IMG/VR virus record: IMGVR_UViG_3300046167_000870
Strand: one strand, 5' to 3'
Length of the DNA: 64,000 nucleotides
Source of the DNA: a virus
Shown: piece by piece, positions 41,434-49,999 of the stretch
Layout: the number at the start of each line of letters is the position of its first letter
Position numbering within the stretch: position 1 is the first letter of the stretch
Made by a program: the position numbers and the translations under genes
The notes under the pieces: generated by a model
The model's database searches: none
Told to the model about the DNA's origin: nothing
The model's input: the letters and a program-made list of their open reading frames with translations, nothing else

Positions 41434-42229
41434 AATGTTTAATTTTCTCTATATTATTTATTTCTCTAAAAACTGTTGTATTATGAATTATATTTAAATA
41501 ATCAACATCTTTAAAGTCAATATCAAAATAATCATTCATATTTGCTTTTGGTTTATTATTTAAACCGTGCTCTTTATATAAAGTATCTTCTAACCCTGCC
41601 ATTACTGGGTTTGAAGTGTCTATTGTTTCTATTCTAGGATCATTATCATACCAACCAAATTCTTGTGGTATTGCACATCCTAATAAATGAAACTTAATAT
41701 CCTTTAATTGATCTAATTTAAGTAAACCCTGTACAAATCGTACTCTACCTAATGCTTTTCCCATATCTACATTACTGTGTGGAAAGAAATCATTATACCA
41801 AGTAGCACCATATGATACACATAATTTTTTATATCCTAACCCATGTAATAGGTTGGCACATAAATATGCTTGGTTTTTATTTTCTCCCTGAATTACTGCA
41901 GTTATTTTTGTATTTTTATGATATTTAAATTGTCTCCAATATTTAGCTTGAGCTGCTGTTTGAGCACAATTCATCCAAACATCTGGGACTATAAATTCAT
42001 TTGGTTGTAATTCTGTTACCCAGTGACGCAATCTATCATAATCATATGCTTCACCTAATTCATGAAGTGAATTATCCATTATAACATACCTACCTTTATC
42101 TCTAGCATCAATAAAATATTGAAGATATTCTTCATCTTGATCTAGTAGATGAGGTAAACAATAATCATAATCATTAAATTCTATTGAGGATGTTAATAAA
42201 CATCGAGGTACTTCATGGCTTACTTTCAT
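41426..42229 (-). CDS. TGT-fold protein, probable DpdA-type 7-deazaguanine transglycosylase
   Basis: MDNS, PD, VIQG, HLLG, IDTS in the order of TGT catalytic motifs; next to queC. Confidence 0.7.
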   Translation of the reverse strand: MKVSHEVPRCLLTSSIEFNDYDYCLPHLLDQDEEYLQYFIDARDKGRYVIMDNSLHELGEAYDYDRLRHWVTELQPNEFIVPDVWMNCAQTAAQAKYWRQFKYHKNTKITAVIQGENKNQAYLCANLLHGLGYKKLCVSYGATWYNDFFPHSNVDMGKALGRVRFVQGLLKLDQLKDIKFHLLGCAIPQEFGWYDNDPRIETIDTSNPVMAGLEDTLYKEHGLNNKPKANMNDYFDIDFKDVDYLNIIHNTTVFREINNIEKIKHYG

Positions 42230-42738
42230 ATACTTAATTTTTTAGGTCGTCCTCTACGCTTTAATGGATAAGGCATGTGAACTATTTTATACTTTTCTTC
42301 AATAATATAATAAAGATCTATCAGGGTACCACTACATTTTAACATTTCTTCTTCAACTTGTTCTCTATTGCATTTGAAATATTTGGTAAATTCAACTGTT
42401 AGGGAACGTAATCTTTCATTTTCATCTTTTTCAAAATCCTCAATCAAACGTTTTCTTCGAGCTCTGATAACTGATGTTTTTTCCAAATATTTTTGGTAGT
42501 CAATACCACATTCTTCTAAAATATCATTCAATTGATATTCAACTTGATATTGTTGTGCTTTATAACATGAATAGTCAAAATCACCATTCAATATTCTATC
42601 ACGAAGTGGTTTGCGATTATCAAGCGGTTTATTCTTTGGTTGATAACTTCTCCACCATCTAAATTGATTGTAATTTATTTTTTGATATTTAGAGAGTTCT
42701 TTCTCTACCTGTTTCCTAGTTAATGGTATCTTAAACAT
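42226..42738 (-). CDS. Hypothetical protein, C-terminal RRGRPKK
   Basis: Packed ORF. Confidence 0.65.
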   Translation of the reverse strand: MFKIPLTRKQVEKELSKYQKINYNQFRWWRSYQPKNKPLDNRKPLRDRILNGDFDYSCYKAQQYQVEYQLNDILEECGIDYQKYLEKTSVIRARRKRLIEDFEKDENERLRSLTVEFTKYFKCNREQVEEEMLKCSGTLIDLYYIIEEKYKIVHMPYPLKRRGRPKKLSI

Positions 42739-42894
42739 ATATTAATAAAAAATCCACATTGAAACATAAAACAAGAAACTTACAGTTCCAATAAATAACA
42801 TACTCATTATAAACTCAACTGGATCGTCTTTAATTGACTGGATGAATTGCTTGAATTCTAACATAACTTTTATTTATTTTATTATTATACCCTA

Positions 42895-42924
42895 AATATA
42901 CGATGACTTCCTCGGGTATCCTAG
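42895..42924 (-). promoter_or_regulatory. Class I promoter motif
   Basis: aatatacga...ggtatcctag at +20. Confidence 0.7.
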
Positions 42925-42939
42925 TTTTTTTGTGGAAGT

Positions 42940-44151
42940 CTAATAAGTTTTTGTTTCATCATCTTCTAAATCAGAAACTATACCTTTTAATTTTTTTACT
43001 TCTTGTAAGGCTTTATCTACCCTATTTGAACTTTTAGTTATTCCACTACTAAGAATTGATTCTTCTAACTCAGCTATTCTTTTTTTTGCCTCTCCTATCT
43101 CTGAATCATCAACAATTCCATCTTTATTTAGATCTAATTCATCAAAATAATGTTCTCCATCATTACCATTTTGACCAATAATATCCATTCTTTTTTCCTC
43201 ATCATCACCATAGTTTTTGATATTGACTTTATCATCCCAATGTTTACCATGGTCTTTAATATACTGTTTTCTTTCTTCTTCAAGAGTTAAAGGTTTAACT
43301 TCAACATCTTCTCCATATAGGTTTTCTCTATATTTTCTTTTAGGGTATGCTTTATCAAAAGCAAAGTTAGCAGCCACAACTAATGAAATAGCTAAAGGAT
43401 CAAATACAAAAATTATAATAAGTAATAGTACATTTATGATTTTATCCATAGGAGTACCCGTCAAACCCGATAAATACTGCAGTGGTCCTAGTTCTCCAGC
43501 AACCTCGTTGTTACTTTCTAGTTCCAGCACTTGTAACTGGAATTTCTGAAGTGAATCAGCTGCTATTTCTCTCTTTCCTTGCGCCAACTTACGATTCTCC
43601 TCCTCAATATTAATACGATTCTGCGCCATTCTAAGCTCAGTTGTAGAGATTGTTGTTCTAACGCCCCCAGATACCGTGGTGTCTCGTACTTGGATGGACG
43701 AAGCTTTTGCATTAGATAAAGTACTAATATTACTAGATATTCTTTTAATTTCTTCATCGTATCTATTTACATCTGCTTGATAAAATTCTACTTTTTGTTG
43801 TATAAAACCCTTTTGATTTTCTGCTATAGTTAATTTACTATAAGTATCCTGATAAGCTGCACTTAAAAAACCATAAATACCCATACTAGTAATTAATACT
43901 AATACTATAGTTGCTATTGATAAATAAGTTCTTAATGCTTTATTAATTGAGTCCCAATATTGGTATAATAAAGATGCTGTTACTAATTTAGCAAATTCTA
44001 ATGAACCTGCCATTATAATAACTTGAAATTGGGCTCCAGCAAATAATTTGCTTAATCCATAAACTGAGTAGAATGCTGCCGATGCACTTACTGACAAAGC
44101 AGAAAATGCAATTAGGAACGGAAACATTCCCTTTTTAATTTCTTTAAACAT
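42940..44151 (-). CDS. Multi-TM coiled-coil membrane protein with EF-hand-like motif
   Basis: 3 N-terminal TMs, coiled coil, IFVFDPLAI TM, DLNKDGIVDDSE. Confidence 0.75.
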   Translation of the reverse strand: MFKEIKKGMFPFLIAFSALSVSASAAFYSVYGLSKLFAGAQFQVIIMAGSLEFAKLVTASLLYQYWDSINKALRTYLSIATIVLVLITSMGIYGFLSAAYQDTYSKLTIAENQKGFIQQKVEFYQADVNRYDEEIKRISSNISTLSNAKASSIQVRDTTVSGGVRTTISTTELRMAQNRINIEEENRKLAQGKREIAADSLQKFQLQVLELESNNEVAGELGPLQYLSGLTGTPMDKIINVLLLIIIFVFDPLAISLVVAANFAFDKAYPKRKYRENLYGEDVEVKPLTLEEERKQYIKDHGKHWDDKVNIKNYGDDEEKRMDIIGQNGNDGEHYFDELDLNKDGIVDDSEIGEAKKRIAELEESILSSGITKSSNRVDKALQEVKKLKGIVSDLEDDETKTY

Positions 44152-44162
44152 AATTTTAGTTT

Positions 44163-44636
44163 TTACACTGTATCGTGGTCAATATACGTCACTTCTACGT
44201 CATCTCCACGCTCTATTGCTTCTGCTATTGCTGGGTATACTCTTTTATAAGCATCAACTGATGATCCTATAAACCCATTTGGTCTTTTAGTAATATTTTG
44301 ATATTGAGTATCTCCTAACAATAAACATCCAGCTGTGTGTTCATCTGTATTTCCAGTATGCCAAAGGATATATTTAAAATTAGGTACATCTTGTACATGA
44401 ATCATTCCTTTATGCATAGCACCATACTTTCCAGCATATCTACCATGAAAACCACCTACTTTTCTTAACTTTAATTTATAAGTACCTGCTGGTATTCTTG
44501 TTTCAGCCATTATTTTATCTTCTCTGTGTTCATCTTCTAGTGTATAACAAAGAAATTTAATTTCATCTGTTACATCCATTAATAGTCCATTTGTGCTGTC
44601 TTTCTGTGAACTAAATCTAATTACTTCTAATTTCAT
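44163..44636 (-). CDS. DUF5675-like putative cell-wall enzyme
   Basis: CYTLED, IPAGTY, ILWHTGN...TAGCLLLG. Confidence 0.7.
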   Translation of the reverse strand: MKLEVIRFSSQKDSTNGLLMDVTDEIKFLCYTLEDEHREDKIMAETRIPAGTYKLKLRKVGGFHGRYAGKYGAMHKGMIHVQDVPNFKYILWHTGNTDEHTAGCLLLGDTQYQNITKRPNGFIGSSVDAYKRVYPAIAEAIERGDDVEVTYIDHDTV

Positions 44637-44639
44637 AAT

Positions 44640-44822
44640 TTATAGTTTTACTACGCTAAAAATAGCGTACGTTATTAACATAAATAGTACACCACCCATT
44701 ACATCTTCATGATGTTTTTGTTCTGTTTTTGGCGTACAACATTTGTCAGCTGGAACTTTACTAGTCCCACACCCACTTAGTAATATTAAACTTAACGCCG
44801 CTGTTATCATTTTCTTTCTCAT
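44640..44822 (-). CDS. Small lipoprotein with C-terminal TM
   Basis: Lipobox LSGC; likely start MRKKM; hydrophobic C-terminus. Confidence 0.6.
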   Translation of the reverse strand: MRKKMITAALSLILLSGCGTSKVPADKCCTPKTEQKHHEDVMGGVLFMLITYAIFSVVKL

Positions 44823-44833
44823 AGTTATAGTTT

Positions 44834-44868
44834 TAAATAAAAATTCCCGCACCTTGCGGTACGGGAAT
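44834..44868 (-). terminator. Intrinsic terminator
   Basis: Minus strand ATTCCCGTACC-GCAA-GGTGCGGGAAT followed by TTTTATTT. Confidence 0.85.
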
Positions 44869-44885
44869 AAATATTAAACACCTCC

Positions 44886-45140
44886 TTATTTTTTAACTAT
44901 GTGATACAATACAAAAGCACCTACTAAACCTAGTAGACCTTCTGCGTTAAGTCCGCCTAAAATTGCCATGATATTATCTACCACGGATATATTAGGCCAA
45001 AAGGGGATTCCTGCTCCACTGAATAGTACTTCTAGTACTACCCCTAAAGCAATTAAAGACACACCTATGTGAGTCAGTTTGTCAGCCCAAGAGCCGACCT
45101 TGTTTAGAATTTCCATAAAATTGGGTTTTAAGTTAAACAA
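44886..45140 (-). CDS. Small 2-TM membrane protein
   Basis: Hydrophobic helices; holin-like size. Confidence 0.65.
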   Translation of the reverse strand: MFNLKPNFMEILNKVGSWADKLTHIGVSLIALGVVLEVLFSGAGIPFWPNISVVDNIMAILGGLNAEGLLGLVGAFVLYHIVKK

Positions 45141-45153
45141 ATGTAACTAGCAA

Positions 45154-45393
45154 CTAATTGTCTTCGTCTTTTTTCTTTCCGAAGATTTTGCCTACCTCAG
45201 CGATTCCGAATGAACCGAGTGTTATGATTACAAAGGAGTTGTATATGTAATCTTGAATCTGTAATTCCTTGCCGTAAACACCTGTTACAATGTCTACTAC
45301 TGCAAAGATAACCATTACCATGAAGGACATAAAGCCCACCACGTTTTTTTCATTAATGTTGTTGTCGTCTTTAAACAAATCTTTAAATGCCAT
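45154..45393 (-). CDS. Small 2-TM membrane protein (holin-like)
   Basis: Two TMs with charged termini. Confidence 0.65.
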   Translation of the reverse strand: MAFKDLFKDDNNINEKNVVGFMSFMVMVIFAVVDIVTGVYGKELQIQDYIYNSFVIITLGSFGIAEVGKIFGKKKDEDN

Positions 45394-45455
45394 ACTTCTA
45401 GTTTTTAAAAATTAGTAAAACTATTAGCGGAACCTTATTGTTGTGATTATAAATA

Positions 45456-45881
45456 TTAGAATCTGTTAGAATTTTTAGCTTCTTCAATAGCTTCTTCAAC
45501 ATCTTCTTTGGTGGATGGGAATAGTAGATCTAATCCTGCTTTAAATTTGGATTGTATTCCATCTTGAGTTATAATAAACATGGTAGGAGCCATTCTAACT
45601 CTATATTTTTTCTTTGCTAGTGGAGCTTTAGAAATATCTACTCTATAATATTCTATGTCTGGTCTACTTGCTAGCTCTTGCCAGTGTTCGTAACAATTTA
45701 TTTCATTAAATTTGGCCCAATATTCTACTACTACAATTTTGCTATCATCATCACCAAATGCTGAATTGCCATTTACAATTTCTTCGTAATTTGAATCATC
45801 TAACCAATATTTTTCAGGAACTTCCTGTTGTGCTAAAAGCATTAAAGGAAAAATATAAAATAATATTAAAAGTTTTTTCAT
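45456..45881 (-). CDS. Secreted thioredoxin-fold protein lacking CxxC
   Basis: Signal peptide; VVVEYWAKFN at the active-site position; YRVRMAPT. Confidence 0.7.
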   Translation of the reverse strand: MKKLLILFYIFPLMLLAQQEVPEKYWLDDSNYEEIVNGNSAFGDDDSKIVVVEYWAKFNEINCYEHWQELASRPDIEYYRVDISKAPLAKKKYRVRMAPTMFIITQDGIQSKFKAGLDLLFPSTKEDVEEAIEEAKNSNRF

Positions 45882-45883
45882 GT

Positions 45884-46168
45884 TTATCTTTGTTTAGATA
45901 ACTCATAAAGACGCTCTTCTAGCTTTTCCATTTTCTCCAGTATCATTTCAACGTCTTCTTGGGTATCCATTATGGTTTGGCGAATCAACTCATCCTTTAA
46001 GTCATATTCGACCCTTTCAATAACTGGTTCTGGTTGTGTTGCAGCGTATGCTATATCTGCTTTTAATGTAAAATACATACCTGCTAGGGAAACAGTGAAT
46101 GCCACTATCATCCCAATAGTTTTTAAATCTAGAGTTACTTTAGTATCTTCTCCTATTTGCTTTGCCAT
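45884..46168 (-). CDS. TM + coiled-coil protein
   Basis: Single TM followed by heptad pattern. Confidence 0.7.
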   Translation of the reverse strand: MAKQIGEDTKVTLDLKTIGMIVAFTVSLAGMYFTLKADIAYAATQPEPVIERVEYDLKDELIRQTIMDTQEDVEMILEKMEKLEERLYELSKQR

Positions 46169-47364
46169 TATTTAAATGTATAATTTAATCCGAAGGTTGT
46201 TTGATATAATTTGCTATCCCACATTTTTGAATATTCTCCTTCTATGAATATCCCTAAGTTTTTACCAATTTTAGTTCCTAAATTAACACCAAAAGAATAA
46301 TCATGCCATTGCTCACCTTTTAAATTATTATTGTGACCTCCAAGTCCCCAACTATTTCTGTGTAAGTAACTAAAATCTTCATTTCCTCTAATATACCTGT
46401 GGTATGGTAAAATATAATTAGCATATCCGTGTAGCCAAAAATCTTTTTTGTAGTGGTAAAAATCTACACCTACTATTGGGGCTAAATCTAACCATGGGTC
46501 TAATAAATCCCAAGCTTCACCGTTAAACCTATTCATTAACATAGGCATTACAGTTTCTCTAAAATCTAAATCTGAGTGTGCTACTTGGTTTCCATCTTCA
46601 TCTACCCAACACCAGTCTTGCATTGTTGTTTCTTCTCCTGTAATTGGGTCTGTGCTTGTTTGTGTATAGAAAATATCATTATAACCATAATTTCTTCCTA
46701 ATTCATACCATTGATTTACTGCGTTCCCATTCTCATCAATTTCATTTAACCATATTTCGACTGGGTTATAACCGTAAGCTCTTTCATGTCCTCTTAATAT
46801 TGCTCCAGCTGAAAAGCTAAACTTTTTTCCTATTGGTAATCTACCTCTTACTTCGGCTGAATTATATTTAAGATTAATTTTACCTACTTCTCTAGCTTGA
46901 AGTTTTACAATATGATATTTACCTGTGTGTTTTAAAAAGTAATTATAATTTGTAAAATTTTCTCCTCTCCATCTTTCTTTTTCATAATGGAATTGGTATT
47001 CTAATCCTTGTACTGCTGATGTTGGGGCAGAAAATACTAATTGTTCTTCTGTACCATCATAAAAATTCTTTGGTTTTCTCTCGTAATCAAATCTAGCTAA
47101 TTTTCTTATTCCAAATCCATATCTGTAATCAAATGGATATTTTGGAGTATTATCAACCACATCAGGAATTGAATATAAACTCCCATCTGGATTTGTTCTT
47201 AAAAAGTAAGTTGGCTCTGCAGCCTCTATTGAATTTGAAATATCACCCGCTCCATAAACAGTACCATATTTCAAGAAATCTTTATAAACTTCTTTTAAAA
47301 TTTGGGCTTGTGAAACTGTTGGTGAAAATAAAATAAACGAAACAATTAATACTAATATCCTCAT
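46168..47364 (-). CDS. Putative outer-membrane beta-barrel protein
   Basis: Sec signal (SQA-Q), amphipathic aromatic strands, C-terminal FGLNYTFK beta-signal. Confidence 0.7.
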   Translation of the reverse strand: MRILVLIVSFILFSPTVSQAQILKEVYKDFLKYGTVYGAGDISNSIEAAEPTYFLRTNPDGSLYSIPDVVDNTPKYPFDYRYGFGIRKLARFDYERKPKNFYDGTEEQLVFSAPTSAVQGLEYQFHYEKERWRGENFTNYNYFLKHTGKYHIVKLQAREVGKINLKYNSAEVRGRLPIGKKFSFSAGAILRGHERAYGYNPVEIWLNEIDENGNAVNQWYELGRNYGYNDIFYTQTSTDPITGEETTMQDWCWVDEDGNQVAHSDLDFRETVMPMLMNRFNGEAWDLLDPWLDLAPIVGVDFYHYKKDFWLHGYANYILPYHRYIRGNEDFSYLHRNSWGLGGHNNNLKGEQWHDYSFGVNLGTKIGKNLGIFIEGEYSKMWDSKLYQTTFGLNYTFK

Positions 47365-47424
47365 ATTATTATCGTTTTATGTTTGCCGATAAATATATGA
47401 AAATTTATGAATATTCGAAGAAAT

Positions 47425-47865
47425 TTAAAATTTTATTCGATCAATTGCCTTTTTTACTGCAGAAGAGAATGTTGTTTTATTAAATGGTAATTTTTCATTA
47501 CTTAAATCAATAAAAGTTGATTCTACTGTGGATTTAGCTTTACCAGTTACTTCAATTTCTTTACCATCTATGTAAACTAGCATTTTAACAATTGTTTTTT
47601 TTGCGGCTTTACTCCAGACTCCAAATTCAATACTTGTTGTAGGTGCTTCTATAGATTTTACTATTACCCTTACAGGTTTTCCATCCATACATAATTCATA
47701 TTTGTCTGAGATTACATCTTCCATTATTTGTTTTATACCAAATATTATACGGTTTTTGCTAATTTCTTTCATTTCAATCTGTGTACTTACTATAGTTACA
47801 GTATAACATTCTTGTGATAATGCAAATACAGGTAAGCACATTAATAGTATAATTATTTTTTTCAT
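47425..47865 (-). CDS. Secreted protein, distant paralog of the CsgG-like protein
   Basis: Signal peptide; FGIKQI..., PFNKTTFSSAVKKAI similar to KFNKSTIGIATKKAL. Confidence 0.6.
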   Translation of the reverse strand: MKKIIILLMCLPVFALSQECYTVTIVSTQIEMKEISKNRIIFGIKQIMEDVISDKYELCMDGKPVRVIVKSIEAPTTSIEFGVWSKAAKKTIVKMLVYIDGKEIEVTGKAKSTVESTFIDLSNEKLPFNKTTFSSAVKKAIDRIKF

Positions 47866-47866
47866 A

Positions 47867-49063
47867 TTAAAATCTTATTTTACCACCAGTTAATATCTGG
47901 AAATTTAATGCATTTCCTTGTGAATGCCAAACTCCAGTAAAACTGATATTATATTTAAATGTTTTTGTTATTTTTATATCCCATGAACTAAAAGGTACTA
48001 TTAGCATACCTGGATCCCACCATTTACCTTCATAGTATTGTGTAAATGGAGAATAAACGCCTAATAATAAAGCTGATGTTGTTATTTTATCACTTATTCT
48101 AAAATTTCTATGTAATCCAGCAACGGCTGATATGTTTTGTAGTTCTCGTTTACCTAATTTACCTATTGTAAGATTGATACCAGCCATACCAGTATACTTT
48201 TTTTTATAAAATTTAAAGGATTCTAAAACTGTAGTTGTATTTAAATGGTTGTACTTCCAATCTGTCATTGTAGTATTTGCTCCTACTAAATTAAATGTTC
48301 TATTTGGATTAATCCATGATTTATAAAGTGTTAAACTAAAATCATTAGTAACAGATGTATATGTAAATAAAGCTCCTTTAATTCTAGTTTGTTCTGTATT
48401 AGCATGAGTTATTGAGCTAACTACTTTTATTTGACGTCCATTTGAATTATCTTGGTTATCAATAACTACAATATCACCTGATGCAATTAATGAACCTGCA
48501 TTTTTATTAGCTTCTGCACTTCCTCCATCTGCTGCATTTGAGAGAGAATTAGCTAGTGAAACAGCAACCGCACCTTCAGCTTCTTCTTCTTCATTACCTG
48601 ATCCTTCATCTTCATCTTCTTCATTACCTGATCCTTCATCTTCATCTTCACCTGCTGAATTATCTATTGCTTCTGCTACTGGGGCTGCTGCTGCTGAAGT
48701 TGCTTGAGGTAACATATCTCCTCCTAGTATAGACATTATACTTGTAACAACTGTAATTGTATTTTGTACTGCTACGGAATTGGTAGTATTTAATAGTACT
48801 TGAGTTACACTTTCACAAGGACTTGATGAATTAGCTTGAGTAACTAAATCTAACCAAGAATCAAAAGCTCCATTTGTAAAATCATCTTGTGAAAATGTTT
48901 GGACATTTCCAAAATAATTTAAGGCAACAGCATTACTACCTCCTATTTGAATTGTTTGTTGAGTTAAAGTACAAGGATCTGTAAATGTATAAGACCACTG
49001 GCCATAACTTACCAATGGTAAGAAAAATAAAATTAATAGTATTTTATTCTTTAAATATCCCAC
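47867..49063 (-). CDS. Secreted protein with acidic linker and C-terminal beta-barrel
   Basis: Signal peptide (SYG-Q), GEDEDEGSGNE repeats, ends GGKIRF. Confidence 0.7.
   Translation of the reverse strand: MGYLKNKILLILFFLPLVSYGQWSYTFTDPCTLTQQTIQIGGSNAVALNYFGNVQTFSQDDFTNGAFDSWLDLVTQANSSSPCESVTQVLLNTTNSVAVQNTITVVTSIMSILGGDMLPQATSAAAAPVAEAIDNSAGEDEDEGSGNEEDEDEGSGNEEEEAEGAVAVSLANSLSNAADGGSAEANKNAGSLIASGDIVVIDNQDNSNGRQIKVVSSITHANTEQTRIKGALFTYTSVTNDFSLTLYKSWINPNRTFNLVGANTTMTDWKYNHLNTTTVLESFKFYKKKYTGMAGINLTIGKLGKRELQNISAVAGLHRNFRISDKITTSALLLGVYSPFTQYYEGKWWDPGMLIVPFSSWDIKITKTFKYNISFTGVWHSQGNALNFQILTGGKIRF
48585..48649. repeat. 30-bp tandem repeat (~2.2 copies), in frame
   Basis: tcttcttcattacctgatccttcatcttca x2, encoding EDEDEGSGNE. 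Confidence 0.9.
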
Positions 49064-49748
49064 GTTTTATCATCCTTTTTACGATACGGGCAGTTCCAGA
49101 TTCTAAAGCTTTTTTAGTGGCAATTCCAATAGTAGATTTATTAAATTTAACTTCATTGTCTTCTCCAATTTGAGATCGTTTAATTGTAACCGCTTCACCA
49201 CTACCACTTCCTGTAAAAATAGTTCCAGTTTCAGCATTAACAAATCTAACTTGCATACCAATAATTGTTTTTAATACAGTTTTAACTCCATTAACTGTAA
49301 CTTCTTCTTCTTCTGATACTGAGTAGTCATAGATTTCTACATATACAAAATATTCTGCTAATACAACATTACCTACAACTTTAATATCATTTGATGATAT
49401 ACCTTTTGCAGCTGCCTTATGTTGTTTAACCATTCTTTGTTTAATATCTTCTTTATCTTCTGTAAATAGGAATCTATCAGTCCATTCTAGATAAGATAAA
49501 GTAATATTACTAACACCTAATCCTACTCTGTTTTCTCTTAATTCAGGATAAAATTCATATAATTCTGGTGTAAAGCCAATATTTAAGACTTGAATTGGTA
49601 ATTGGTAATCTAACATATAATCAGATACTTCATCTATATCTGCATCTTGTTCAAATTTACCTTTATAATTTTCTGTTTCAGTTTTACCTAATTGAGCATT
49701 AGCTGTAAAACTTAAGAGTAACGATATTATTAAAAAAATTCTTACCAT
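49044..49748 (-). CDS. CsgG/HfaB-family protein
   Basis: Signal peptide; L..TDRF.F.E, AEYFVYVEIYDY, MQVRFVNAETG.I. Confidence 0.7.
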   Translation of the reverse strand: MVRIFLIISLLLSFTANAQLGKTETENYKGKFEQDADIDEVSDYMLDYQLPIQVLNIGFTPELYEFYPELRENRVGLGVSNITLSYLEWTDRFLFTEDKEDIKQRMVKQHKAAAKGISSNDIKVVGNVVLAEYFVYVEIYDYSVSEEEEVTVNGVKTVLKTIIGMQVRFVNAETGTIFTGSGSGEAVTIKRSQIGEDNEVKFNKSTIGIATKKALESGTARIVKRMIKRGIFKE

Positions 49749-49999
49749 GATATTTCTTCTTCTTTTTCTTCTTTCTTAGGAGGTATTACTATTGTTTTAG
49801 AAATTACAATAGTATCTTTAGAAGCCGCTGGTGGGTTAATTCTTTGTTCCATTATAGGTTGTTCTACAACATCTTCTTTAGGTTCAAATATTGATTGCAT
49901 ATTAGCTATTAATAATCCAAAGGCTGCTGTTATAACTAATCCTATACCTGTTACTACTTGGTTTTTGATTTCCGAAAAAAATCCTTTATTTTCACTCAT
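49742..49999 (-). CDS. Single-TM protein
   Basis: N-terminal TM; DTIVISKTIV stalk. Confidence 0.65.
   Translation of the reverse strand: MSENKGFFSEIKNQVVTGIGLVITAAFGLLIANMQSIFEPKEDVVEQPIMEQRINPPAASKDTIVISKTIVIPPKKEEKEEEISW

Noticed and set aside
44181-44210. aatatacg upstream of the 44151 gene as a class I promoter
   Set aside because: Lies in coding sequence and lacks the second element at +20; cannot be distinguished from chance
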